Shown piece by piece: positions 28,401 through 38,390 of a stretch of DNA of 64,000 bases. The translations under genes were made by a program, and so were the position numbers. The notes under the pieces were generated by a model. That model saw only the letters and a list, made by a program, of their open reading frames with translations, searched no databases and was not told the DNA's origin. How positions within the stretch are numbered: position 1 is the stretch's first letter; each line of letters opens with the position of its first letter. Source of the stretch: a virus; IMG/VR virus record IMGVR_UViG_3300020370_000003, positions 1-64,000 of that record; one strand, 5' to 3'.

Positions 28401-31400
28401 TCTTTGTCCATCAAAGAATACAAAGAATGATGTTCTAGGCTTCATACGAACAACATTAACATCTACGTTTCTAGAACGAATCCAAGGAATTGCTGTAGAT
28501 GAAAGAACTGAATCACCAGCACTAACTCTATCAATCCTTGGAACAACTCTTGTTCTAATACCAGATCTAGTTTGATTAGTTACAGATTCAACTCTTGTTG
28601 TTTCCATAACTGCACGACCCCAACCACCTGGAAGACGGTTAGGTTGTCCTGAATTCCAACGTCCTGTACTTGTTGTCTGCTCTCCAGTCCAAGTAGTCTG
28701 CCAACTACCCCATTGTGTTGGTGCAAAACCATTTTGATCAACATTAAAGCTAGCAGCAGTTGACTCAAAATCACCTTCTAAGTTCTGTACATTCTGTGGT
28801 ACTCTATTTGTTTCAACCCAGTCATCAGATGCTGGAGTTAAATCAATACGTCCAATATAAGCAAAAACGTTAAATGGGTTTACATTTTCAACTCTTGAAG
28901 CATATGGTTGTATAATTAATGGTTCCTCTTCATATGGTAATGTTATAATAGGACCAGTCTTCTGATAGTTCTGAGATAATGAATCATTAACAACTAGAGA
29001 AACATTTGTTGTATAGTGAGAAGGACGGCAAAGACCATATGAGAAATCTAATGCTGCAGCCCAATCTTGTGACTTAGTAAGAGACTTAGAATGATCTGTA
29101 AAGTCATCTACAATGAATCCATTCTTTAAACGATTCTTACCAGAAGCATCAGTTATCTCAACGTTGAATGTATCAGTCTCTAACATATTAAGAGAAGTAT
29201 AATACTCAACACTACCAAGGCGTTTTTCAATAGCCCCGATATCTCTCATAGTAAATCTCTTATTATCAGACTTGATAATAGTTACATCATCAGCAGGTTC
29301 AAATCCATAAGGCTTGTGTCTTAAGACTGCTAACTGCATACCATCTTGTAAACCTTCTGGTTCAAGTGGAATCTCTGCAGACTTACCTTTAATTATTTGG
29401 AATTCACCATTAGGTAGTATATAAATTTTATCAATTCTTCTTAGATACCAATCAATATCACACTTAAAGTTACTATTGATTTTAGGTACATCAAATAACG
29501 TAGCAGATGGTGTTCCTGAAGTTGGGAATACTCTTGACTTAAAGTCAAATGTAGAACAATTTACAAATGCTGGAGAAGAAACTGATCCTGTTCCTGTATA
29601 AAGATTCTTACAACCTGGACGGAAGTCTAAGTAATCTGCTAAGAACTTCTCTCCATATATTGTTACATCCTTATAATCAGTATTCAAGTAAGACTGTCCA
29701 CCGAAGTAATCTCCAGTAGCAGAATGACTATAATAATCTAATACGATTTTTAATTTTCTAATAGGAGTTGCAAAACCTTTTCTTCTTACTAACTTAGAAG
29801 GTCCATAGAAGAAATCAGTTTGACCATTCTCCAAAACATATCTGTCAGTAATTACCTTTGAACCTTCGATAATAGATCCAACAGCATCATTAATAATACC
29901 ACTAATAGCAAGGTTATTACTATCAGTACCCTCAACTGTCTCACCAGATACAAAATTACCATCAAGATATATGATAGTTAATTTTAAAGTACTTGTATTA
30001 AAGTCAACAACCATCGCTCTTGCTTTGGATGTCTTACCTGTAACTACAGTACCAGTAGCAAAGAAAGTTGGTTCAACTAATGTAATAGATGGTACTATAG
30101 GATCGTTTTCGTCTAAAGATTCGTATATTGCATGAATCTTATATCCATCCATCAATCCAAGAGAAAGTTCTCTATCCTCAATTCTTGTACCATAAAGGTT
30201 TGAATATGTTAATCCATAATTTAACTTATCTTTATTAGAGATAGTCTTATTAACTTTCATAACAAACATCTGTTGTGCTGCTTTTGTCTTTCTAGCAGTC
30301 ACGTTCTTAGAAACAGTTGCTGTTACTTTAATAGATGTAATGTTTGTTAGGTTATCAATCTGGATAGTTGTTTTATCAGCAGAAGTAAATGTTGTATATC
30401 CTAAAGCACCAGAGTTTGCAGTATCAATTGGAAGTTGATCACCAATAGGATAAGTACCATTAGTACCACCCATTACAGTTAATGTGTAGTTCTCATTAGT
30501 AATTGCTTCAAACTGTTCATTCTCTGGAAGAGTGATTGATACAGAATCTGATGCAACAGTCTGAGCATCAAATGTTCTACGACAAACCATTGATTCATCA
30601 GAGATACTTTTGATGTATGGCTTAGGCATTTGACTCAATAGAGATGAATCTAAAGTATCAACTAACTTAGACCTATAACGAATTAGAGTTGTATATGTTC
30701 CTGCACTAGGATAGTTAGAACCTGGAGGAGTTACATTAACTGTCTGTGCTGAATAATCAAAAATAGTTAAAGTATTACCACTACCTAAAGCTGCTGGTGT
30801 TATAAAATCAACAGTAACATATGTTGTTGCAGAGAAGTATATTCTATCTCCTGGTCTTAGGTCAGCAGCAAAGTTTGATTGTAAACCTGTAATCTTTTCA
30901 GAACCACCAGTAGCATCATAAGTAAATGTTGCACCCTGAACAATCTTAGCATCATCTAATCTAAGATCTGATGTAAATTCTATTGCTTGAGTACTCTCAT
31001 CTCTTGCTACAAGTTGTCTTGCATCCGAATATTGATATACATGTGTATTACTAATTACATCTAATACTTCACCATCAAGAAGTAATGATTCACCTTTTTG
31101 GAAAGTACCTTCTACTTGATATAACTGGAAATGGCTACTAGTGGTAGCAGATATAATATATCCTTTAGCACCTGATGTCATACCAGTAAGTACTGAACCC
31201 TGAGAAACGGATTTAGATGAAGCTATTTGAACTACAGTAATCATCTGTATATCAAATAGATTTAATTTATATCTATCATCCGCATCACCAAACGTACTAT
31301 TAGGATCTTGAACAAATTCACATGAAGAAACTCTAGCATATCCAATTATATTACCTTGAGCATCACCAGGAGTTGCTGTAAATTCATCATGCAATTCTAC

Positions 31401-32657
31401 AGTCTGATATGCATTACTAATAGTAGAACCAGAAACATTAGGGAATCCATAGAGATTACTAATATGTGAATAGTTACCTAACGTAAATCCTATATTAGTA
31501 TTCTGTTGTGAATTAGTATCTCTAGGCTTCTCCAAATCAATATAAGTTGGAGCCATAGTTTTGATTCTATAACCCCTAACATATGCAGTTCCTGGACCTA
31601 TCTCAATAGAATAAAGATTTTCTGCAGCAGTAAATCCACTACTGGTTGTTTCTCCAGCAGTATATACACCGTTATTAAACCCATCATTTAGGTTATCTCT
31701 CATAGAGATCTGGAAGTCTTGTACAACATAGTCTCCAGACTCTTCATATGTTCTTAATGCTAATGATTTTTCTAACTCACCAAAAGCAGTACGGTCAACA
31801 AGTTTCTCAATCTTATCACCGTTAATACGAAGTAATTCGATGAAGTCTTTATCAGCATCATCTGTAAGTAATTTCTTAATTAAGTTGGTTGTTATTCTGA
31901 ACCTATGAGCACCAGGAGCAGCATAATTAGATGTGCCTGCAGCGTTATCATTGAGTGATAAGTCATCTTCTGGGGTGACAATTGACTCAAGGATTTCGAG
32001 TCCAATTCTATATTTTGGAGAGGTTCCATATTGATCAAGAAGGATATACTGATAGGGTACGTCAACAAAGAATCCTCTGATGAAATAAACACCAGGTTGC
32101 ACATAAGCAACAGAACCCTTTAAAATTGAAGCAGTAGGTAGAAGTTGTGCGAATGGTGAACCAACCTCAATCAAAGTACTACCAAAGGTAATGTCAGATT
32201 CAGTGACTAATTGTTCGTTATTTGAGAAAGTAGTTTGGTTATTTGCTGTACCACCAGACTCAATATACTTCACATATATTGTGATATAACCTTTCTCAGA
32301 TTCTGTTGCAGATATACTATAAAGTACTTGTGCTTTAACACCAGAGGCTAGACCTGTAATTATCTTACCGTCAAGTTGACTACGATACGCTTCTACGTCA
32401 GCACCCAAGAAACTCTCTTGAAGTAATATACAGTCAACTGATTTATCATAACCAATCTGGCCAGGTATGACCATCGCACCATCTTTAAAATTGTACGACC
32501 CCATATTCTCAATCTGATTCTGCATAAGAGATTGAGAAGTCGTAAGTTCTCTTGCCTGTATAGGGAAGCCAGGACGGAACAGCACTCGATAAAAGTTTTT
32601 ACTCTTATCAAAGTCGTCGTAATACGGTGTTACGTTTAAGTTAGTATTTTGTGCCAT
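25479..32657 (-). CDS. VrlC-like / DUF4815 virion structural protein (2,392 aa)
   Basis: NLNVTPYYDDFD..KNFYRVLFRPGFPIQARELT, APGAHR, RTYEESGDY, KNGFIVDDF, DPLAQSF, GVLFKSQN.TTW. Confidence 0.88.
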   Translation of the reverse strand: MAQNTNLNVTPYYDDFDKSKNFYRVLFRPGFPIQARELTTSQSLMQNQIENMGSYNFKDGAMVIPGQIGYDKSVDCILLQESFLGADVEAYRSQLDGKIITGLASGVKAQVLYSISATESEKGYITIYVKYIESGGTANNQTTFSNNEQLVTESDITFGSTLIEVGSPFAQLLPTASILKGSVAYVQPGVYFIRGFFVDVPYQYILLDQYGTSPKYRIGLEILESIVTPEDDLSLNDNAAGTSNYAAPGAHRFRITTNLIKKLLTDDADKDFIELLRINGDKIEKLVDRTAFGELEKSLALRTYEESGDYVVQDFQISMRDNLNDGFNNGVYTAGETTSSGFTAAENLYSIEIGPGTAYVRGYRIKTMAPTYIDLEKPRDTNSQQNTNIGFTLGNYSHISNLYGFPNVSGSTISNAYQTVELHDEFTATPGDAQGNIIGYARVSSCEFVQDPNSTFGDADDRYKLNLFDIQMITVVQIASSKSVSQGSVLTGMTSGAKGYIISATTSSHFQLYQVEGTFQKGESLLLDGEVLDVISNTHVYQYSDARQLVARDESTQAIEFTSDLRLDDAKIVQGATFTYDATGGSEKITGLQSNFAADLRPGDRIYFSATTYVTVDFITPAALGSGNTLTIFDYSAQTVNVTPPGSNYPSAGTYTTLIRYRSKLVDTLDSSLLSQMPKPYIKSISDESMVCRRTFDAQTVASDSVSITLPENEQFEAITNENYTLTVMGGTNGTYPIGDQLPIDTANSGALGYTTFTSADKTTIQIDNLTNITSIKVTATVSKNVTARKTKAAQQMFVMKVNKTISNKDKLNYGLTYSNLYGTRIEDRELSLGLMDGYKIHAIYESLDENDPIVPSITLVEPTFFATGTVVTGKTSKARAMVVDFNTSTLKLTIIYLDGNFVSGETVEGTDSNNLAISGIINDAVGSIIEGSKVITDRYVLENGQTDFFYGPSKLVRRKGFATPIRKLKIVLDYYSHSATGDYFGGQSYLNTDYKDVTIYGEKFLADYLDFRPGCKNLYTGTGSVSSPAFVNCSTFDFKSRVFPTSGTPSATLFDVPKINSNFKCDIDWYLRRIDKIYILPNGEFQIIKGKSAEIPLEPEGLQDGMQLAVLRHKPYGFEPADDVTIIKSDNKRFTMRDIGAIEKRLGSVEYYTSLNMLETDTFNVEITDASGKNRLKNGFIVDDFTDHSKSLTKSQDWAAALDFSYGLCRPSHYTTNVSLVVNDSLSQNYQKTGPIITLPYEEEPLIIQPYASRVENVNPFNVFAYIGRIDLTPASDDWVETNRVPQNVQNLEGDFESTAASFNVDQNGFAPTQWGSWQTTWTGEQTTSTGRWNSGQPNRLPGGWGRAVMETTRVESVTNQTRSGIRTRVVPRIDRVSAGDSVLSSTAIPWIRSRNVDVNVVRMKPRTSFFVFFDGQRVDAYLTPKIIEVIKDSTTDSRTNSTPFVEGETVTGLTSGCKLQVAAPNDYFTYNPYDDTELPSSYASTTNFININTESLAAQAVGEYFGNVQVGEVLQGASGARAVVKDRRCISDRRGQYRASFYIPDAGIDTNPRWATGTRLLRFTTNENDSRLPGTVDSAAQVEYRSTGSLNTVQEVILSIRNAEVTQDTQTQSQSITTTIREETRQVGWWDPLAQSFLVDEEGGTFITSVDIYFATKDVNIPISMQVRTMENGYPTTTILPFSDTTLTPEQVQISETGAVATRFTFRAPVYIPQSQEHCFVLFSDSNTYKVWISRMGELDITGDRTISEQPYAGVLFKSQNATTWTADQYEDMKFIVNRAVFNTSVASRVTLNNAPLDRGNRGKIILQPDAIQTFQPELQLVMNSTTLPFSAGARVYQKTTLAEGTIKAVASSAGGVLLTINDISGTWSAGSNTGGVISNRLVSSKTLADMTVTGASGDFSVGETITGNSATSPTAEVVTWTPGTNTLTLKYVSTDFTASTETITGGESSVTATVNAISYSGDVIETGAVSDAYPSTSPTYTSAQRKVKVFHSNHGMHDNDNNVTLVDIASEVSTTYLTSSISAADTSIQVNDGTAFHTIINGGTVGTANVGYIKIDDEIISYSAISGDGKTITAYERGVDGTTAVTHTDDSRVHCYNLDGIPLPELNKTHAAILAPSLDSYELTTNSIARLGIKSGGNHIEASQNIQYEVLTPQIQKLILPKTSVDGTVNTISGTSIGDGQALSQNSFSNTGEFFDVVLNDYNEFLSPQLICSQINESAELSGSKSFRLDLTLKSEKENVSPIIDTDRMSIILTSNRINSPTNINSALLPVGDEHEAVYITKIATLTNPSGAIKLMFSATRPPDTHIKPLYRVLPAGSTDNIETLGWEFFPTGGDSVIPATTDEEVYRDYGYEISGLDFTQYQIKILFVSQNQASVPKIMDLRAIALAI

Positions 32658-32661
32658 TCGT

Positions 32662-34194
32662 TTAGAACTCGATTACGATTTTAATGTCTTCTACTTGGTC
32701 GTTTGCACGACTAATTGCTCTCCTATTATCTATGTAAACAACCTGACCGCTATTTGACTTAATCTCTGGTTTTGCATATCCAGAATTAAATCTCATACCC
32801 AAATCATATTCAGTATTATTAATAGTTCTAGAAGAAGAGTTTGGAACAGCAGGGAAGTTTACATCTGGTTGCCCAGCTGCACCTGAAGTTGCACCACTTA
32901 TAACGTTAGATCCATCAAACTCATTCTGTGTACCAGTAACTTCTGGGAAGATACCATCAATTTCATTTTGATAATACTTCAAGACTTTTGTTGTAGCATT
33001 CCAGGATATAACCCTTCCACGTGCAGTAACGTTTGTACCACCAACAACTCTAGTTTGAGTGATAATTTCGTCAGGGACATAGTTACCTTGGAATGTTGGA
33101 TTGAATATAACTGCTTTAGTAGCAGAAACTGTAAGATCTGATATCAACTCAGTTGTACCAAACTTAAGAGGATTGGATATTAATCCAATACGACGGTAGT
33201 CATTATCAACTGGGAAGTCACCAGCACCCTCATCATATGAGAGTTTAGCGTTAATCATAACTCGGAATGCACCAAGTTCGATAACAGTGTCGCTACCATG
33301 ACCACCTGGAGGTGGGATGATTACATCGACTTGACCACCTTGACCAGTACCAATACCAGTAATATTGTCAACAGAAATTTTACCAAAGGTATATCCAGTA
33401 CCACCACTAGTAACAGTAGCAGAAATAATTTTACCTCCATCGACAACAATAGAGACCCTACCGCCAGTACCATCACCGTTAATAGAAACATTATCGTAAG
33501 TACCGTTATTGTAACCTGTACCTGCAGCATTAATAACTACAGTATCAACTTCACCCTCAACAGCATTTGTCTTCACTGCATCATTAGTGAATACAGGCAT
33601 ATAATCGTTCGAGAAGAACTTAAGAACAGATGCAACAGGAATAGTGTACATATACTTCCATCTATAACCATCACCAGTAGTAACAATAGAGGTAGAAGTA
33701 CCAGTAGGTTCAACCGTAGAAGGTTTTCCGTTAGGATCGCTAGGAGAAGTACCGTTATAGATGCACTTATAAACTTGATACTGAGAATTTACAACGTAAA
33801 AGTCAGAATCATATAGTTTAGTAGCACCAGAAGCAGCAGTTTTACTTGGAGAATAGTCATGTCTATACATGTCATAGGTGAAACCTAATCCACCAGTAGT
33901 TTGTTCTGGGGAAACCCAGTCAATTCTACGAGAGACTTGAACAGTATCAGAAGCGAGGACTCTCTTCAACGATATCATGTCATCGTAAGAACCCGAAAAT
34001 TCGGAAAATGAATCAACTGCCTGTGGAGGCGAGTTTTCATTATCCCACGATTGTGGTCTACCTATAAAAAGGTATACACGATCTCGTGTAGCACCTGCAT
34101 CCGTATCGGATTGCGTTGGGTCTGGACCTTCGAGAGCCTTAATAAATTTTAATGCTGAAAAAATCCTAAATTGATCAGTTAATAGAGCTGCCAT
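32662..34194 (-). CDS. g8: Baseplate wedge subunit gp8
   Basis: YLFIGRPQSW, RRIDW, YDMYRHDY, FYVVNSQYQVYKCIYNG, DGYRWKYMYTI, YIDNR..I.R..DQ.EDIKIVIEF. Confidence 0.9.
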   Translation of the reverse strand: MAALLTDQFRIFSALKFIKALEGPDPTQSDTDAGATRDRVYLFIGRPQSWDNENSPPQAVDSFSEFSGSYDDMISLKRVLASDTVQVSRRIDWVSPEQTTGGLGFTYDMYRHDYSPSKTAASGATKLYDSDFYVVNSQYQVYKCIYNGTSPSDPNGKPSTVEPTGTSTSIVTTGDGYRWKYMYTIPVASVLKFFSNDYMPVFTNDAVKTNAVEGEVDTVVINAAGTGYNNGTYDNVSINGDGTGGRVSIVVDGGKIISATVTSGGTGYTFGKISVDNITGIGTGQGGQVDVIIPPPGGHGSDTVIELGAFRVMINAKLSYDEGAGDFPVDNDYRRIGLISNPLKFGTTELISDLTVSATKAVIFNPTFQGNYVPDEIITQTRVVGGTNVTARGRVISWNATTKVLKYYQNEIDGIFPEVTGTQNEFDGSNVISGATSGAAGQPDVNFPAVPNSSSRTINNTEYDLGMRFNSGYAKPEIKSNSGQVVYIDNRRAISRANDQVEDIKIVIEF

Positions 34195-34229
34195 TTCCTA
34201 GTGACTATTGTCCTCTTGTTTATTTATGT

Positions 34230-37200
34230 CTATTTGGAACGAACTATAGTTGAATACTCAATTCGTTGAATTCTATATCTCGCTCCACTATTACCAACTG
34301 CATCTTCACCACCTAATATTGCTTGAGCAGCCGCTCCAGTTCCAGTGGTATCACCAGCAGCAGGAGTGAATGTTACTGTAGGATGAAGAGCATAAAACCC
34401 ATCAACACTTTGTACTATTCCAAATCCACCACTAGTAAGAGTAATATCTTTTACTTGGTCACCAGCAGTTGTCATATTAATAGTACCTGTTGCTGTTATA
34501 TCTCCAATATCTTCAACAACTAATGTTGGTGGTGCAGTATAGTTAGTTCCTGGATTCTGCAATACAAAATCTACTACAGTTGTATTGTATGAAAATTCAT
34601 ATAAGTAACCATTCACACCCTTATTAACATCACCAGTATTATATGGAGTTATATCTTTAAGTTGTAAAATACTATTTACAGGATCCCAAGAAACTACTGT
34701 TCCTCTTACACCTGAAACAGAACCAGTTACAATTTCATTAACACCAAATGACAAATTATTTGAAACACTAGGATCTAAGAACAAATTGACAAGTGCCTCA
34801 TGTTCTACACCATCAGTCAATGTTCCAGCAGCACTAATGGTTGCGTATTTAAACGGAATAGCAGCATCTTTAATCTGGTCACCAACTTGGAATAGAGTTG
34901 TGTTTTGTCCACCAAGAGTTTCTTCAATACCATATAATGAGAAATACATACCACCATCAAGACTAATTTGATTTTCAAAAGTTGTGCCAGTATTAACAAG
35001 ATCTATAATTCCATCTCCAGCACCATCCAATTCATCATCATCTTCAAACTTCTTATCTATCATAAGACCAATAGGAACTGTTAATGTAACAATACCTGGT
35101 CCTCCAAGGTCATCTAACAGAACATGAGGGTTAAATCCACCAGGAGCACTATTAGCAACACCAGCATCAAACTGAACAATAGCATCTTCAGTTGATGGTC
35201 TACCACCATCAATAAATGCTAATTCATCTACTTCAAATGTAACTAGAAGTTCTCTCGTAAATTTATTAAAGTCATAAACTTTAGCAACCTTATTACTAGC
35301 ATTCTCAACTTTTCTAATAACTCTGTCACCTACATTAAATTCATATGCTGATGAACCATCAGGATTATTCTGTCCAATATCAAGAATAACTCTTTGGTCA
35401 TAGTTAAAGTTTACACCTCTGGTTAGTCCTGAGAATTTACCAGGAGCTTTATTTGTATATGCTATTGTTTCCTTATTAAGGATAACAGTACCAGAACCAG
35501 GATATGCGTCTGTAGAATCAACATATATTGTTGTATCTGATGGATCAACATCTTTAACAAGACCTGTAAGATAATTAGCACCTGAGTTGTATGCCTGTCT
35601 TGCTCTAGTCTTACGTTTAAGGTTAACAAGTTTAGTGAATATAACTGATGGTGGATTAATATATCCATTACCAGGGTCTGTAACTACTATTTCACTAATA
35701 GAACCTTGAGCAATTCTTGCTTCTGCTTTTGCTCCTATACCTCCACCACCAGTAATTAAAATATAAGGAGGTTCTTCATAGTATTCACCAGCATCAACTA
35801 TAGAAATATTTTTAATTTGTCCTAATGTGTCAACAGCTGCAGCACCTTCAGCACCTTGTCCACCACCACCTTCAAATATAAGAGTTGGTGGAGATGAATA
35901 CTCTCTACCACCATTCATTAAAGAAAGACCAGTAACTGTTTGTACTATAGGACTACCAGTACCACCACTACCTTCTCCACCTAAAATTCTTGCTGTAGCA
36001 GGACCAAAATAATTATCTCCCATTTTGGTCATCTTAATATAATCAATCTGGCCAGGATTTGCAGCACTTAAAACAATTTCACCTTCTGCCCCACCTGGAA
36101 AAATGTCTGCTGCCTGTGGAAGAGTGTCTCCTTCAAATATTGCTTTCCCATAAAATCTAGAACCAATAACATATGGGTATACAGGATTACCTGAACTATC
36201 CTCTGTCATAAAGTAAGCATATGTTCCATTTGGATACTCTGGAGTTACAGCAAACCTACCATTATACTCATCAAGAGTACCTTGATTATCCCAAATATTA
36301 TCTTCAACTAGATCACCCATCACATAACCATCTTGAACAGTTCTTACCCCTATTCCAGCAGATGTATAAGCAAAGAAATATAATGCTAATGGTGCATCTA
36401 CAGGAACTAGAAATCTTATCTCTCTAGAAGAAGCCGCATTAAATCCAGAATTATATGCAGCATACGTTACTTCAGATCCTTCTAACCAATAACTAATACC
36501 AACTCCATTATACAAATATGATGAATCTTGAGGAGTAGATGATACATGCCATCCATCTTCTGTTGTAGATAGTAACATCTGATTGTTATACAACGATGCA
36601 TCATTCTGTTGGAAGATATATGTATTACCTCTTAAAAGATTTAAGAATGAAACCTGACTGCCATCAAAATTGTAAGTACCATTAGCAAGAGTTACTGCAT
36701 AAGTTACCGTTGTTGGTGTAGTAATTTGTGGTCTTGCACCTGCTATTTCAGCACCTGTTTTTAATCTATAACCACTAGTTTCTCTTGCAGCTGAACCACT
36801 ACTATTATATCCATAAGGACCATAAATTGGATAACCATCATAAGACATACCTAAGATCTTAGAGTGTCCATCAGCATGTCTACTGTAATCTGGTGAAGCA
36901 CCACCAGAATAATAATCAGTAATATAATAATCATTAGTTGGTGTATGTGCTTCAACTGTAGGGTCTAAGATCATATAACCTTCATGACCTTCATGACCAG
37001 ACATATATCTGTGATTCTTACAATAGTAGTAAATACGATTAGTCTCATCCTCATTCATTATAAACAGAGGTTGTAACTCATTCTCATAATCTGTAGATGG
37101 TGCTGCACTTGCACCTGTACTATTATAATAAAGTGACCCACCATTCAATAAACCATCCTGTGTAGTACTGAACTGCATAGGATGACCATCTGTATGATGT

Positions 37201-38384
37201 TCTCCAGGAGAATTAGTAGGATCAGATTGATTCCATTTAATTAAATAATTTCTTTGAACTTTAATATCTTCAGGAGAAAGATAATATTGACCTGGAACAA
37301 ATGGACCAAACTCAGCAGCATCCGTTCCAAAATCAATATAAAAAATACCATTAGGGAAATATGTTACTGGTTCTGCAATTCTAAAACTAAAACCAGTAGA
37401 ACCTAAAAGTACATCATCCTCAGTAAATGTATTTTTAAGATCTCTTAGATATACATGTGTAATTACTCCTAGATTATTCTTTACAATCTTTGCAATTTCT
37501 CCTCTACCATTACCTCCAATTTCATCTACTGTTCTACCAACTTCAACAACACCTAAAGTTTGATCAACATTTTCAACTTGCAACATTACATTATCAAATT
37601 CTACCTTAATATTCCAAGTAAATTGTTGTTGCTTACCCCACTCAAAAACACCATTTTTAGAAGCGAATTCGCCAATAGTTTTACTAGACTGATAATAATA
37701 AACTGCATTATCAACTACAGTATGATGCACACTACTATTTTTAATATGAGTATGCTTTACAGCATCTATTGTAAATCCTGGAGGTGGACTTCCATCTGGA
37801 CCCCATTCTGGTGTATGAAGTAATCCACCGTTCGCTAATATACCAGTAACTTTATCTAATTGTTCTTCTCTAATACTAGGGTCTGGTACATCTTTACCAC
37901 CCCTGAATATAAATTCTTGATTAAATGGTCTATCTACTAAGTAACTTTGACCACCTGGTTCTCTTTCTTGATCTATAATAGAAGGCTTAGGACTATTATC
38001 AGAAGTAATAGTAATCCTATCCGAGTTGGCACTAAATGTTCCTACAGTTGGAGAGTTTGGATGAGTCTGCCATATCTTATTAATATCAAATGAACTAACA
38101 ACATTAGGAGTATCCTGAGATGGAATTATTTGTAATCTTAAAGGATCGTATCCTTTACCTCTTTCTAAGACTCTAACGTGTATTATCTTACCAGATTCTT
38201 CATCAATAATAGGATACAGTAATGCTGCCTGGTCAGGTGTACCACAACCAGTAATAGTTAAACGTGGAGGATCCTCTTGAGAATATGAATCCCCTCCTTC
38301 AACTACTCTTACCGCACGAACTCCAAAAACTTCATCAAATATAGGTTCAATTACAGCACCACTTCCAGGAACAGTTCTTGCCAT
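34230..38384 (-). CDS. Baseplate-associated structural protein (1,384 aa) with YHYH-like and cupredoxin-like domains
   Basis: GHSKILGMSYDGYPIYGPYG ... LDEYNGRFAVTPEYPNGTYAYF (YHYH-type); GHPMQF...YYYCKNHRYM; GxGYxxxP Gly-rich repeats. Confidence 0.8.
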   Translation of the reverse strand: MARTVPGSGAVIEPIFDEVFGVRAVRVVEGGDSYSQEDPPRLTITGCGTPDQAALLYPIIDEESGKIIHVRVLERGKGYDPLRLQIIPSQDTPNVVSSFDINKIWQTHPNSPTVGTFSANSDRITITSDNSPKPSIIDQEREPGGQSYLVDRPFNQEFIFRGGKDVPDPSIREEQLDKVTGILANGGLLHTPEWGPDGSPPPGFTIDAVKHTHIKNSSVHHTVVDNAVYYYQSSKTIGEFASKNGVFEWGKQQQFTWNIKVEFDNVMLQVENVDQTLGVVEVGRTVDEIGGNGRGEIAKIVKNNLGVITHVYLRDLKNTFTEDDVLLGSTGFSFRIAEPVTYFPNGIFYIDFGTDAAEFGPFVPGQYYLSPEDIKVQRNYLIKWNQSDPTNSPGEHHTDGHPMQFSTTQDGLLNGGSLYYNSTGASAAPSTDYENELQPLFIMNEDETNRIYYYCKNHRYMSGHEGHEGYMILDPTVEAHTPTNDYYITDYYSGGASPDYSRHADGHSKILGMSYDGYPIYGPYGYNSSGSAARETSGYRLKTGAEIAGARPQITTPTTVTYAVTLANGTYNFDGSQVSFLNLLRGNTYIFQQNDASLYNNQMLLSTTEDGWHVSSTPQDSSYLYNGVGISYWLEGSEVTYAAYNSGFNAASSREIRFLVPVDAPLALYFFAYTSAGIGVRTVQDGYVMGDLVEDNIWDNQGTLDEYNGRFAVTPEYPNGTYAYFMTEDSSGNPVYPYVIGSRFYGKAIFEGDTLPQAADIFPGGAEGEIVLSAANPGQIDYIKMTKMGDNYFGPATARILGGEGSGGTGSPIVQTVTGLSLMNGGREYSSPPTLIFEGGGGQGAEGAAAVDTLGQIKNISIVDAGEYYEEPPYILITGGGGIGAKAEARIAQGSISEIVVTDPGNGYINPPSVIFTKLVNLKRKTRARQAYNSGANYLTGLVKDVDPSDTTIYVDSTDAYPGSGTVILNKETIAYTNKAPGKFSGLTRGVNFNYDQRVILDIGQNNPDGSSAYEFNVGDRVIRKVENASNKVAKVYDFNKFTRELLVTFEVDELAFIDGGRPSTEDAIVQFDAGVANSAPGGFNPHVLLDDLGGPGIVTLTVPIGLMIDKKFEDDDELDGAGDGIIDLVNTGTTFENQISLDGGMYFSLYGIEETLGGQNTTLFQVGDQIKDAAIPFKYATISAAGTLTDGVEHEALVNLFLDPSVSNNLSFGVNEIVTGSVSGVRGTVVSWDPVNSILQLKDITPYNTGDVNKGVNGYLYEFSYNTTVVDFVLQNPGTNYTAPPTLVVEDIGDITATGTINMTTAGDQVKDITLTSGGFGIVQSVDGFYALHPTVTFTPAAGDTTGTGAAAQAILGGEDAVGNSGARYRIQRIEYSTIVRSK

Positions 38385-38390
38385 ATTTTA

